A DNA stretch of 64,000 nt, taken from the IMG/VR virus record IMGVR_UViG_3300032020_001000, positions 1-64,000 of that record; one strand, written 5' to 3'. The position numbers and the translations under genes were made by a program. Numbering within the stretch: the first letter of the stretch is position 1; each line of letters starts with the position of its first letter. Shown piece by piece: positions 47,340 through 57,811 of this stretch. This DNA is from a virus. The notes under the pieces are model-generated. The model worked only from the letters and a program-made list of their open reading frames with translations, ran no database searches and was not told where the DNA came from.

Positions 47340-47715
47340 TATCGAGAAACGGCGCGAGAGGGCCGAGCATGCGCGGCAGCAGATTGCCCGCTTCCTGGCT
47401 GACCTGCGGGGAGCCATCGAGCGGCGCATAGCCGATTTGCATCGGTATGTCCGCCTCGCCGAGATAGTGGCGCTGATCGCGGAGCAGGCATGCCGGCATC
47501 CCGGGCAGCCCATTGATCTGACTGCGGAATTGGCGCCGCAGATCAGAACGTTTGCCATGTGGGCTCGGCAGAAAGCGGTGCAGGAACTCCATGAGTGGGA
47601 GACGGAGGCTAGGCGGCAAGGCCTATCATCTGCAGATATCAATCCCATGGCGGCATGGGATAAGCCGCCCGCTGCGGCTGAGGCGGAAGCGGAGACCGGC
47701 GAGGGCGCGGGCTGA
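47326..47715 (+). CDS. Hypothetical protein
   Basis: Coupled to the upstream gene; GAGGAGG RBS. Confidence 0.55.
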   Translation: MRQDDIEKRRERAEHARQQIARFLADLRGAIERRIADLHRYVRLAEIVALIAEQACRHPGQPIDLTAELAPQIRTFAMWARQKAVQELHEWETEARRQGLSSADINPMAAWDKPPAAAEAEAETGEGAG

Positions 47716-47933
47716 CGCGGCGAGCCGGGAGAGTGAGTGGCAGGGCATGGGGACGGCAGCGCGCGCTGCCGTTTCGCATTGATGGGTCGGGGTCCGGGTC
47801 CGGTGGCCCAGAGGCCAGCAGCGCGCACCAGGGCAGCCGTGTGGGGCACTGGGGATGGGAATGGTGGGCAGCCAGGGGCAGGGCGGCGGGCGGGACACAC
47901 GGGGGCATGTGGGGGCAGTTTCTGGGGCATGGA

Positions 47934-48030
47934 GCGCACGTCCGTTCGCTGTTTGAGGTCGAAAAGAAATCTGGCCCCAGGGCCCCGGGGCGGTTGACTT
48001 TGGCCGCCGGTGTGGTAACATCGGACTGTC
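47934..48030 (+). promoter_or_regulatory. Early promoter element, copy 3
   Basis: GCGCACGTCCGTTCGCTG box; TTGACT(47994)-16-TAACAT(48016) with TGTGG extension. Confidence 0.7.
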
Positions 48031-48072
48031 AGACGCAGGCAAGCAGGGGCACAGCCCCGGAAGGGAACGGAG

Positions 48073-50608
48073 ATGACGGAGAAGACACGGATCGAGAAGC
48101 TGGAGAACCCGCAGGACCTGCTGACGCTGCTGAAGCTGCCGCGCACCTTCGAGTGGGACGGGAGCACCTGGGAGCATGGCAGCTCGAGCGCCGAGAGCAT
48201 GGCGGCGATGCTCGGTCTGCACGGACCCGAGAGAGTATACGCGCCGACCATCGAGTGGATGGCGCACGACAAGGATGCGCACGGGAACTTCACTCGCCAT
48301 CAGCGGATTCAGATGGTGTTCGAGGTTGACGGCACGACCATCAGCGCCGACCGCGTGGAGGTGATGAAGTACTGAGCGAAACGGGGCTGCGGCCCCGTCC
48401 GCCGGGGATGGCCGCCCGGCGCTGAAGAGCCAGGCCAGAGAGGAATGGAGATGAGAAGCGGATGCACCTGCGAGGGCAGAGCGAGGATAGACTGCCCGGA
48501 GCATGGGCCAGCTGAGAATCAGCGGCGGCTGGAGTGCGCCAAGCGCGAGCTGGAACTGCTGATGGAGAAGCGGCGGCAGGGCAAGCGCCTGACCCTGGCC
48601 GCGCGGCGGCAGACGCACGCCGAGGCTTGGAGCAAGAGGGTCTGATGATGAGAGTCGCGATTAAGTACTCGCCCTACAATGGGCGGCGCTACGGGAAGCC
48701 CTGGATTGGCATCATCAGCGGCTGGCCAGTGGGAGGCAAGCCGGAGCTGGAGTGGGGGGGATACGTCGGCGACGCCGGCGGGGGAGAGGCGGAGGTGGAT
48801 GCTGCGGTGGGGGACGTCAGCCGCAGCGGACAGAAAGACCAGCGAGGGACTCGCTCCCTCAGCAGCTGGCATATCGTGGGCAGCGATGGGGAGCTGGTAC
48901 AGGTCGGCCCCGTCGAGGCGCGAGAGGCCTGGGACAAGCGCCAGGCGGAGATGGCGCAGGGAGCGGACAACCCGTTACTGGCATTCACCGACGAGCAGTT
49001 GATGGCGGAGATGGAGCGGCGGGAACTGAGCGCGTAGGGCCCGGCAAGGGCAGAAAGGAACAGAGCAGATGAGGGACATTCTGCGAGTGATGAAGCTGGG
49101 CGATGGTGATGATGAAATTGGCATCACCATCGGGACGGGCGCGGTCTACCGCGTCGAGATGGACTGGTCAGGCAGCGAGGTCAACGTGACGGCCTACGAT
49201 GAGCGCGACCAGAAACTGCCGCACGGGCACCTGGCCGCGCGACTGACACTGGCGCTCATAGACCTGGGAATCGTGCCGTGAACATCGTGGCGCACTATAC
49301 CCGCAAGCTCGGCGCCCCCGGGGCCGGCATCTACCGCTGCGGATACTGGGATACCAATTCGGGGACGACCCACGCGGCGAAGGACGGATACACGCTGTGC
49401 GGCCACCCCGTCCGCGGCGCCGAGCGGGGCTGGGAGGACCTGGGGCTGAGGCATACCGGACTGCCGCTCGACGACGGCCGCAACGGGGTAGGATGCAAAG
49501 GCTGTCTGCGCGCGGCGCGGAGGGCGCGATGAGAGTGACCATCTACGTGAACCCATTGGGATACTTCACCGCCGGGCCTGTGCTGCGTCGGCCAGTGACG
49601 CCGGGGACCTGGCGCCCACTGCTAACGTGGAAGCACCGGCGCCACCGCGGGGAGCCTGCCGCAGCCATCCGCCGGATGTACGGGGAGTTGCTCATGCGGA
49701 TGAAGCAGAGCAGAGAGGAGAGAGGGTCATGAGCGAAGCCAAGGTGAGTCTGCTGGAGGGGATGCAGTGTCCGGGCTGCGGGTTTGAGGCTGGCGATGAG
49801 GGGGAGCACCTGCATATCGAGGTCACACTGGTCGCGGACGTGTTTCCGAGCGGCGTGAGCTTCGAGGGCAGCGAGGAGGGTGCGCGCTGGGAGGATCAGG
49901 ACTACTGCCAGTGCTGCGAGTGCGGGCATGAGGGGACGGTAGGGGAGTTCCTCGCGGCCGGAGCAGCGGGGGAAGGAGCTAAGGACGGCAGCGGGACACC
50001 TGCCTGAGCCAGGCAGATCGACAGAGCGCGGTCGACGCGCTCGTGGCCGAGGGACTGGCCTACCGCGACGCCTCGGCGTTCGTCGACTTCATGTTCGGCA
50101 CAGTCGCCGTGATCCGCGACTGCGAGCCGGACGAGCACCTGGACGAGGAGCTGCGGCGGAGACTGACCATGATGGCCGAGGAGGCGTGGCGATGACCAAT
50201 GAGTCGGATCGAATCAGTGCGTGGGTGCCGCAGGAGATCATTGCGGCGCTGACGGCGCGCGGCATTCTGAGCGAGGCGCTGCGCGAGGTGCTGGCGCGAT
50301 ACTTCGCGCTGCTCGAGGCAGCGCGGGCGGACCTGCGGGAGCGATTCGCGGCGGCCGAACTCGGCCTGCTCGTGGACATCTGCCAGGGCACGCTGTGGGA
50401 GGCGCACACCCTGTGCATGGTGGGGCAGCAGGCGGCAGACGCCGAGGATGCGCACTACGAGAGATGGGGACTGGAGCGCAGGGACCTGCTGAAAAAGATG
50501 CGGGGGCTCAATCTCCTGCAGCGCGCAGCCCTGGTCGATGCCATCGAGCGCTACTGGCGGGCGTCCGCAACTGGCATGCGGATCAGCCATGAGGGGATAT
50601 TGGGCTGA
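48073..50608 (+). CDS. Operon of small hypothetical genes (48073-48375, 48445-48645, 48645-49037, 49069-49281, 49278-49532, 49729-50007, 50192-50608)
   Basis: Short coupled ORFs with RBSs after promoter copy 3. Confidence 0.55.
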
Positions 50609-50731
50609 CGAGACAGCATGTGCGGCGCCGGCGATGTGGGCGGCGAGAAGGGCACGGGCCTCTGGCGCGCGCCATAGATTCGCCGGCGCTGGCGCTGCGG
50701 CCGGCGAAGCGAGAGCGGCAAGGCAGCGAGG

Positions 50732-50753
50732 GCTGCTCAAATAGATTGCAGGA
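50732..50753 (+). repeat. 22-bp direct repeat GCTGCTCAAATASATTGCAGGA (second copy 51614-51635)
   Basis: 21/22 identity; the copies flank gene 50851-51612. Confidence 0.8.
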
Positions 50754-50850
50754 AGGAGAAAGCGCGCCAAGCATCGGCGTGAGAAAGGGCGAGGAGGGCA
50801 GGAAGATGGTCAAGGCAAAGTGGCTGGTTAAGGACAGGAGGTTTGTTCCG

Positions 50851-51612
50851 ATGAAGTGGCTGCGCGTCCTAGGCATCATCGCATTAGTCATGTACCTCAC
50901 GCCGCCAGCGGCGGCCGTGGACTGGGTGGGAACACTGCCCGAGGCGGTGGCGGCCCTGAAGCCACCTCCGCCGGCAGAACTGCCGGTGGCCGTGCTGCCT
51001 GTCTGGGCGCCAAGCCCGCGCGTCGCCGCCCTGGCCCGGGCCTGCATCCTGCTCAATCTTGAACGCAGGGGCTTCGCCCTGGCTCCATCCGGCAAACTCC
51101 GGCCTTCTGCCGAGACGCGCGATCGCGCCCCCCAGGCGCCCAGCCCCGAGTCCGTGGCGATCCATGCCGCGAAGGTGGACATCCTGGTCAAGGTGGCCCG
51201 CGCCCGCGACCCGACCGCGCGCCTGGAGCGCGAGGATGCGCTGGGCCTTGGGGAGAGAGCGAAGGCGCGATGGGTCATATTCGGCGAAGTGGAAAACCTC
51301 AATACCGCGATTCACAAGCGGATATTGTTCACTCGCAAGGTCGGCTCTATTGACATGCGCCTATCGCTGCTGGACGTTCCGACCGGGGAGGTTGTCTACT
51401 GGGCGTATATCCGCGACACGGGCACTGGCGGAGTCGGGTTCTGGATGGCGCCAGCCCAGGAGATCGAGCGACACCTGCTGACCCGCACCATCAACCGCAT
51501 CATGGACGACATAGCGAAGGCGCTTCCGCCCCACAAAGTGGGCAGCGAGGTCACCGAGGCCCAAGTGCAGCGCCTGGCTGAAACCATAGGGTTCGAGTTG
51601 GTGATGGAGTAG
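50851..51612 (+). CDS. Secreted alpha/beta protein (CsgG/TolB-N-like pattern)
   Basis: Signal peptide; VAVLP..LGERAKARWVIFGEV..LLDVPTGEVVYW. Confidence 0.55.
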   Translation: MKWLRVLGIIALVMYLTPPAAAVDWVGTLPEAVAALKPPPPAELPVAVLPVWAPSPRVAALARACILLNLERRGFALAPSGKLRPSAETRDRAPQAPSPESVAIHAAKVDILVKVARARDPTARLEREDALGLGERAKARWVIFGEVENLNTAIHKRILFTRKVGSIDMRLSLLDVPTGEVVYWAYIRDTGTGGVGFWMAPAQEIERHLLTRTINRIMDDIAKALPPHKVGSEVTEAQVQRLAETIGFELVME

Positions 51613-51645
51613 CGCTGCTCAAATACATTGCAGGAGGGATTGACC

Positions 51646-52179
51646 ATGAGATGGGTAGTCGTTGTGGCGGTGCTGTTGCTGATAGCAGGAATTGGCTGGA
51701 GCGCAGGCGATGAAGCAGGACGCGACCTTTCGGTGGCAGTCCTTTACGGTCAGGGCTCCAGCGGCGGTGATGCAGCGTTTGGTATGGAACTGATCGGGGG
51801 TCGCGGCGCAGATTGGGATGGAGTGGCGCTGTGGCTTTCGGGCAAGCCCTTCCAGGGAGAGGATGTGATTGACACATCCATTCCGCATGGCGACTATCGC
51901 GTCCGCGAGGAGCACGGATCGATTGGGCTGCAGTACCTGCATGGATCGGGAACTCCGCGCGCGCTGGCCATCGTCGGTGTCGGCTTCATCATGGATGAGA
52001 CCCGCTACATTCAAGTTTCCAACGTCACGGGCTGGGAGTGGGCCGGCGGATCTGATACGCATTACGAGGTGACCGCACAGGTCGGCGGCCGCCTGCAGCT
52101 TGCGCCCGGGCTCAGCTTGCGCGCGGGCTATGATAGCCATTACCGCGCCTTTGGCGGCCTGGCCTTTCAATCGCGGTAG
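51646..52179 (+). CDS. Secreted, possible outer-membrane beta-barrel protein
   Basis: Signal peptide; alternating Gly/aromatic strands; ends LRAGYDS..FGGLAF. Confidence 0.5.
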   Translation: MRWVVVVAVLLLIAGIGWSAGDEAGRDLSVAVLYGQGSSGGDAAFGMELIGGRGADWDGVALWLSGKPFQGEDVIDTSIPHGDYRVREEHGSIGLQYLHGSGTPRALAIVGVGFIMDETRYIQVSNVTGWEWAGGSDTHYEVTAQVGGRLQLAPGLSLRAGYDSHYRAFGGLAFQSR

Positions 52180-52267
52180 GGGCTATAACGACACCAGGCA
52201 GGGGAGACCGGGGCACACGCGGGCAGCTGCGGGGCAACCGCAAGGGCTGTGTGTGGACCCGCCCTCG

Positions 52268-52278
52268 TGTGGTATAAT
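52268..52278 (+). promoter_or_regulatory. Extended -10 promoter for the MTase-terminase operon
   Basis: TGTGGTATAAT. Confidence 0.55.
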
Positions 52279-52342
52279 CGAGACGGGCCGCCTGCGGGAA
52301 AACTGTGGGCGGCCCGGCTTGTGGCCCTGCCTGGAGAGTGCA

Positions 52343-53809
52343 TTGACTGAACCGACCGACTGGTTGCGCCTGCCGCTCGAGCGGCTGCTGGCGAATCCGC
52401 GCAACTACCGCAGGCATCCCGAGGCGCAGATCGCGGCGCTCCGCGCCAACCTCAGTCGTCATGGGCAGCAGAAGCCCGTGGTGATCCGCTCGGACGACAC
52501 GATCCTGGCCGGCCACGCGCTGGTGGAGGCGGCGCGGCAGTCGGGCTGGAGCGAGATCGGCATACGCGTCTACGACGGCACCGCCCCCGACGCATTCCTG
52601 GTCGACGATAACGAGTCGGTGCGCCTGGCAGAGGATGATGACCAGGCACTCGCCGGGCTGCTGCGAGAGCGCATGGAGGCGGGGACGCTGGACTCCACGG
52701 GCTGGGGAGAGGATGAGGTGCGGGCGCTGCTCGAGCGCATCGAGGCGGAGCAGCACCAGGTGCAGGGCGAAGATCCGGGGCCGGGGGAGGCGCCGGCGGA
52801 GCCGGTAACGCGCCCGGGCGACTTATGGCTGCTGGGCGAGCACCGGCTGCTGTGCGGTGACTGCATGGTCGAGGGCGACATCGACCGCCTCATGGCCGGC
52901 GAGAAGGCCGGGTGCTGCGTGACGTCGCCGCCCTACGCCATGCAGCGAGAATCGACGTACGGCGGCACCCCCGCCTCCGATTATCCCGCCTGGTTCCGGC
53001 GCGTGGCAGCCCAGGTGTGGAGCGCGCTCGATGAGGCCGGCAGTTTCTTTCTGAACCTCAAAGAACACGTCGAGGATGGCCAGCGCAGCCTCTACGTCAT
53101 GCGTACGGTGATCGCTCTCGTCGAGGCGGGTTGGCGCTACGTGGATCAGCTGATCTGGGTGAAGCCCGGGCTGCCGGGCGAGCACTACCCGCGCTTGAAG
53201 AATGACTTCGAGCCGATTCATTTCTTCGCGCGGCAGGACGCCGTCAACTGGCAAGTGCGGGTTGTGGACATGAACCGCGACTGGCTGGCGGAGACCGACT
53301 TCAACCTGGCGGAGATGTATGAGGACATCTTCCAGTTCTCCAAGCAGTTCCGGATCAGGTTCCGACCGCGCGCAGTGGGGCACCGAAGCACGGGCGTTCC
53401 TGAGTATCAAGGGCCCGGCGGCTCCTACGGCCCCAGCGGGAACATCAGCCTGAACGATGATGTGCGAGTCTCAGGCATCGCGCGCCCGGGCAACGTGCAG
53501 CATTTTGGACTAAATCGTGAATCCTTCGATCATCCGGCGGTGTTCCCGGTGGCGCTGCCGGCCTTCTTCATGCGCTTGACCACCGAGGAAGGCGGGCTGA
53601 CCTTCGAACCCTTCTCCGGCGCGGGCACGACCATCATCGCCGCGGAGCAGAACCAGCGCCGATGCGTCGCCGTGGAACTGGTGCCGGCCTACTGCGACGT
53701 CGCTATCGAGCGCTGGCAGCGCATGACCGGACGCCCAGTGTCCCATGCGGAGACAGGCAGAACCTTCGCCGAGTACACTCAGGAGCGTGCTCAGGGCGGC
53801 GCAGAGTGA
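52343..53809 (+). CDS. ParB-N fused N4/N6 DNA methyltransferase
   Basis: NPRNYRRH..ILAGHA; HRLLCGD, VTSPPY, HPAVFP and EPFSGAGTT; TTG start with GGAG RBS. Confidence 0.9.
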   Translation: MTEPTDWLRLPLERLLANPRNYRRHPEAQIAALRANLSRHGQQKPVVIRSDDTILAGHALVEAARQSGWSEIGIRVYDGTAPDAFLVDDNESVRLAEDDDQALAGLLRERMEAGTLDSTGWGEDEVRALLERIEAEQHQVQGEDPGPGEAPAEPVTRPGDLWLLGEHRLLCGDCMVEGDIDRLMAGEKAGCCVTSPPYAMQRESTYGGTPASDYPAWFRRVAAQVWSALDEAGSFFLNLKEHVEDGQRSLYVMRTVIALVEAGWRYVDQLIWVKPGLPGEHYPRLKNDFEPIHFFARQDAVNWQVRVVDMNRDWLAETDFNLAEMYEDIFQFSKQFRIRFRPRAVGHRSTGVPEYQGPGGSYGPSGNISLNDDVRVSGIARPGNVQHFGLNRESFDHPAVFPVALPAFFMRLTTEEGGLTFEPFSGAGTTIIAAEQNQRRCVAVELVPAYCDVAIERWQRMTGRPVSHAETGRTFAEYTQERAQGGAE

Positions 53810-53855
53810 CACAGATCGGGACAGTCATCGCGCGCGCGCGCGAGGCGGCAGACGC

Positions 53856-54629
53856 ATGAGCGCCGATCGGCAACCGCTGCAGCCGGCCGGGAATGGGGCA
53901 GACGGGAGCCCCGGCGGGGAGCAACGTGGAGGGACGGGACCAGATCACCAGCCGCCGGGCAATGTAGGCACACAGGGGCACACAGGGGCAACTCCGGGGC
54001 AACCTGGGCGGCGACGGCGCGGCGGTGGGGCCCGGGCGGAGCGGATCGCTATCCTCGAGGAGCGGCGTACGCGGGTGTGGATGCTGGCACTCGTCCGCAA
54101 GCTCAGCGTCCGCGAGATCGCCCAGGTCGTGGGCGTTGGGAAGAGCACGGTCGACCGGGATCTGCTGACGGTCCGCAGGCGCACACATGCAGTGATACGC
54201 GCGACCGGCCGCATGGAGCAAGCCGTCCTGCAGATGGCGGCGCAGATTATCGAGACCTGCGACGCGGTGGCGCGGCAGGCCTGGGCCGACCTGATGGAGG
54301 CGCCAAAGGGCTCGTCGACGCGGGCGCGGTTCCTGCGGATCATCCTGGGAGCCGTCGCAGAGCAGGTCAAGTTGCTGCAATCCCTCGGGGTAATGAAGCG
54401 GGTACCGGAGGAGGTGGTGATCGGTGGATTCGAGCTTGAGCAGCGTCTCCAGCGACTCAGCGACGAGGATGCGGCCGCAGCTATCGCGCTCCTCGATCAA
54501 ATCTGTCCCCCTATTGAGGGAGCCACTGGCGGCAATGGTGGCCGCGCGCAGCGACCCGCGAGCGTGGATCGAGAGCCACCTTTGGATACGCGACAAGCGC
54601 CGCCGCCTGATACCACTGCACCTGAATGA
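53856..54629 (+). CDS. terS: HTH protein, probable terminase small subunit
   Basis: LSVREIAQVVGVGKSTVDRDL HTH; directly upstream of terL. Confidence 0.65.
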   Translation: MSADRQPLQPAGNGADGSPGGEQRGGTGPDHQPPGNVGTQGHTGATPGQPGRRRRGGGARAERIAILEERRTRVWMLALVRKLSVREIAQVVGVGKSTVDRDLLTVRRRTHAVIRATGRMEQAVLQMAAQIIETCDAVARQAWADLMEAPKGSSTRARFLRIILGAVAEQVKLLQSLGVMKRVPEEVVIGGFELEQRLQRLSDEDAAAAIALLDQICPPIEGATGGNGGRAQRPASVDREPPLDTRQAPPPDTTAPE

Positions 54630-56124
54630 GTGCCAGGCCGATTACCATGCCCACGCGACGCAGTGGGACGTGATCCTCAAGGCGCGGCAGATCGGGTTCA
54701 CCACGCTCATCTGCGCCCGCTACTTCGCTGACTGCCTGCTGCGGCGCAATACCGTGTCGGTCATCGTGGCGCATGATGCCGACTCGGCGGAGAAGATCTT
54801 CCGCATCGTGCAGCTCTACTGGGAGCGGCTACCGGCGTGGCTGCACGTGATGGCGGGCAAGCCGCGCTTCTCCAACCGCCGCGAGTTCTTCTGGCCGCAG
54901 ATCAACAGCCAGTTCTATGTCGGCACCGCCGGCGCCCTGACCTTTGGACGCGGCCAGACCATCAACAACCTGCACTGCAGCGAGTTCGCGTTCTGGCCCA
55001 AGCCCGAGGAGGCGCTGGTTGCCCTCAGCGAGGCAGTGCCTGCGGATGGGCGGATGGTGATCGAGAGCACGGCCAACGGCATGGGCAATTACTTCCACCG
55101 CCTGTGGCGGGCGGCGATGGATCAGGAGAACCGCTTTACGCCGCACTGGTATCGGTGGTTTGACTCCAGCGAGTATGCAGCGGCGCCGACCGCCGCCGAG
55201 GAAGCGGCATGGGCCGCACAACTGGTTTCGGCGGACGCTGGCCAGCTCGGGGCGAGGGATGGGGTAGCTGGCCTCAGCCAGGATGAACTGCGCCTCATTC
55301 GCGGCCACGGGCTGTCCTTTGCACAGATCAAGTGGCGGCGGGAGAAGGTGCGCGACCTCGGCCAGCGCTTCAGGCAGGAATACCCCGAGAATGACCTGGA
55401 CTGCTTCCTGGCGAGCACGCGCGGGGTGTTCGAGCCGGATGCGCTGGAGCGAGCGGTGGCGCGGATCGCCGCCGAGCCGCGGGCGCAGCGCCTTGATATC
55501 CTGCGCGGCAAGGACAGCCAGATCGCGGTCGCGCCGGCAACGCTGCTGGTATGGGAGGAGCCGGTCGCGGAGCGCATCTACGTGATCGGCGCCGACGTTG
55601 GCGAGGGGCTTGCTGGCGGCGATGCATCCGCGGCCTGCGTGCTGGACCGCAACAGCGGGGCGCAGGCGGCAGAGCTGCACGGACGGGTGGCGCCCGACCG
55701 CTTCGCGCAGCAACTGAACCTCCTGGGCCGCTGGTATAACCGGGCGCTGCTGGCGGTGGAGCGCAACAACCACGGGCACTCGACGCTCAACACGCTACGC
55801 AATGTCCTGCGCTACCCGCGCCTCTACTACCACGTGCGCTACGATGCGATGAGGCAGGCTACTCCTATGCTGGGCTGGCCGACCGACCAGGCGACGAAGC
55901 CGATCCTGGTGGACGATATGGCGGCAGCGATATCGCAGGATGCGTTAATCATGCGCTCATCCGGGCTGGCGGACGAATGCCGGACGTTCGTGGTTCACAA
56001 TGATGGATCGCAGGGGGCGGAGGTCGGCCAGTTTGATGATCGGGTGATTGCTGCGGGTATTGCATGGCAGGCGCGCAAGCGGATGGTGCCGCGGCCCATT
56101 GCCAAGCGGCCAGAGGGATGGTGA
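54535..56124 (+). CDS. terL: Terminase large subunit (start uncertain, 54469 possible)
   Basis: ILKARQIGFTT, LHCSEFAFW, IESTANG, IGADVGEG, AVERNNHG and DDRVIA. Confidence 0.93.
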   Translation: MVAARSDPRAWIESHLWIRDKRRRLIPLHLNECQADYHAHATQWDVILKARQIGFTTLICARYFADCLLRRNTVSVIVAHDADSAEKIFRIVQLYWERLPAWLHVMAGKPRFSNRREFFWPQINSQFYVGTAGALTFGRGQTINNLHCSEFAFWPKPEEALVALSEAVPADGRMVIESTANGMGNYFHRLWRAAMDQENRFTPHWYRWFDSSEYAAAPTAAEEAAWAAQLVSADAGQLGARDGVAGLSQDELRLIRGHGLSFAQIKWRREKVRDLGQRFRQEYPENDLDCFLASTRGVFEPDALERAVARIAAEPRAQRLDILRGKDSQIAVAPATLLVWEEPVAERIYVIGADVGEGLAGGDASAACVLDRNSGAQAAELHGRVAPDRFAQQLNLLGRWYNRALLAVERNNHGHSTLNTLRNVLRYPRLYYHVRYDAMRQATPMLGWPTDQATKPILVDDMAAAISQDALIMRSSGLADECRTFVVHNDGSQGAEVGQFDDRVIAAGIAWQARKRMVPRPIAKRPEGW

Positions 56125-56345
56125 TGGGGGCTCAGCGCCACTGGGATAATCTGGTGGCGGCCGTCTATGCCTATGGCCAGCAGGTAGGCGGCTTCGGATC
56201 GGTGACCGTGCGCATCGGTTTTCACGAGGGCCTGCCCGTGCAACTGGATGTCCTGAATCGCGAGGAGCGGTGCCGGCTGGATGGCGGCGGCATCGTGTTG
56301 ACACCGAAGCCCGGCCCGGTTACACTGCCTACAGATAACCAGTAG
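56124..56345 (+). CDS. Small DUF2292-like protein
   Basis: FGSVTVRIGFHEGLPVQLDVLNREERCRL resembles the FGSV.I.IHDG.VVQIE pattern; TGATG coupling to terL. Confidence 0.45.
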   Translation: MGAQRHWDNLVAAVYAYGQQVGGFGSVTVRIGFHEGLPVQLDVLNREERCRLDGGGIVLTPKPGPVTLPTDNQ

Positions 56346-56412
56346 CACCCGCCGACATCTCGCAGATTAGGCGGCCTCGATTCCCGATGGTCATCGGGCG
56401 AGGCCGCCTTTT
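56298..56412 (+). promoter_or_regulatory. Promoter plus attenuator-like leader of the portal gene
   Basis: TTGACA-17-TACACT; conserved CCGCCGACATCTCGCAGATTAGGCGG overlaps an 11-bp terminator stem followed by a short T tract. Confidence 0.7.
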
Positions 56413-56428
56413 GCATTAGGAGGAGAGC

Positions 56429-57793
56429 ATGGCCATTGATTTCCGCGTCTACCCGCCCGAGCGAGAGAAAACGCGCATCGAAGGGTACGTCCGCTACGAG
56501 AAGCTGTTTCTGGGGCAGCACCGGGAATTGTATGCGGCGCGGCCGGGCCGATACCAGCTAGCTCGCTACATCGCGGTCAACATGCCGGGCATGATCTCGC
56601 GGCTATGTGCCGACCTGCTGTTTGGCGAGCAGCCCGACTTCACAGCCACTGAGGATGCGACGCAGGAGGCGCTGGATGATCTGGTACAGCGCAACAACCT
56701 GCACACCCTCAACTATGAGTCCGCCTTGGCGAACTCCTTCCGCGGCGACGCGGTGTACAAGGTGCGCTGGGGCAAGCGCACCCCGCAGGCGGAGCTACCG
56801 GAGGCCATCATCGAGGAGGTGCCGCCCGCCATCTACTTCCCTGAGATCGATGAGGACGATGTGAGGAGAGTGAGGAGGGTGACCCTGGCTTGGCTCAAGA
56901 TCGATCCGGCCAACCCTCAGTTGCGCTACCTGCGGATGGAGGAGCATGAACCCGGCGTGGTCCGGAATCGGCTGCTGCGCTTCGCCGACAGAGGGGCGAC
57001 GCAGGAGGAGATGCCGCTCACGATCTTCTCGGCCTATGAGGGACTCGAGCCTGAGGTGGCAACGGGGCTGAGTGTGATCCCAATCTTCCACATCCCGAAC
57101 TTCGTGTATGGGAGCCGCTTCTGGGGGATCAGCGACTACGAGGGGTTGGAGACCCTGTTCGAGGCGCTCAATGACCGGGTGACGCAGTGCGACGATGTGC
57201 TCAGCAAGCACGTGGCGCCGAAGCTGGTGGTGCCGCCGCGCTTCGTCGACGAGGAGGGGAAGGTCAAACTGGGCGAGCTGGAGGTCGTGCAGCTCGACCC
57301 CGGAGAGCCGGCGCCGACCTACGTCACGTGGGATGCGCACCTGACCGCAGCGATGGCACACTTGGACCGCTTGATGGACTTCATCTTCATCATCTCCGAG
57401 ACAGCGCCTGCCGCGTTCGGGCTGGACAAATATGGCGTGGCCGAGTCGGGCAGGGCATTGCGGCTGCGCCTGCTGCGTACGCTCGCCAAGGTCAATCGCA
57501 AGCGGTTGTACTATGATCGCGCCCTGAAAGCGGCCCTGCTATGCGCGCAGCAGCTCGAGGTGGTGCACGGCGGCGCGTCCTATGAACCCCAGGAGCCCGT
57601 CATTGGCTGGGCGGACGGCCTGCCGGAGGACATGTTCGAGCTGGTGCAGATGGAGGCCCAGCGGCTGACGGCCGGCAACACGAGCCTCGAGTCCAGCATC
57701 CGCCGCCTGGATGGCCCCGATGCGGTCGAGGCTGAGATGGAGAGGATCGCCGAGGACCTGGGGCAGGCGACGACGCTGACGGGGCAGGGATAA
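56429..57793 (+). CDS. Phage portal protein (SPP1 gp6/A118-like)
   Basis: Position after terL; ADLLFGE, HIPN..WGISDY and ESGRALRLRL. Confidence 0.85.
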   Translation: MAIDFRVYPPEREKTRIEGYVRYEKLFLGQHRELYAARPGRYQLARYIAVNMPGMISRLCADLLFGEQPDFTATEDATQEALDDLVQRNNLHTLNYESALANSFRGDAVYKVRWGKRTPQAELPEAIIEEVPPAIYFPEIDEDDVRRVRRVTLAWLKIDPANPQLRYLRMEEHEPGVVRNRLLRFADRGATQEEMPLTIFSAYEGLEPEVATGLSVIPIFHIPNFVYGSRFWGISDYEGLETLFEALNDRVTQCDDVLSKHVAPKLVVPPRFVDEEGKVKLGELEVVQLDPGEPAPTYVTWDAHLTAAMAHLDRLMDFIFIISETAPAAFGLDKYGVAESGRALRLRLLRTLAKVNRKRLYYDRALKAALLCAQQLEVVHGGASYEPQEPVIGWADGLPEDMFELVQMEAQRLTAGNTSLESSIRRLDGPDAVEAEMERIAEDLGQATTLTGQG

Positions 57794-57811
57794 CATCCCA
57801 GGGGTGCGACG

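Noticed and set aside
47921-47940. Partial similarity of CRISPR spacer 1 (reverse complement) to CTGGGGCATGGAGCGCAC
   Set aside because: About 15 matches with a gap, and the remaining third mismatches; expected by chance in G-rich DNA. I saw no full protospacer for either spacer by eye.
54424-54629. Programmed frameshift joining terS and terL
   Set aside because: The overlap is explained by an internal start with an RBS; there is no clear slippery site.
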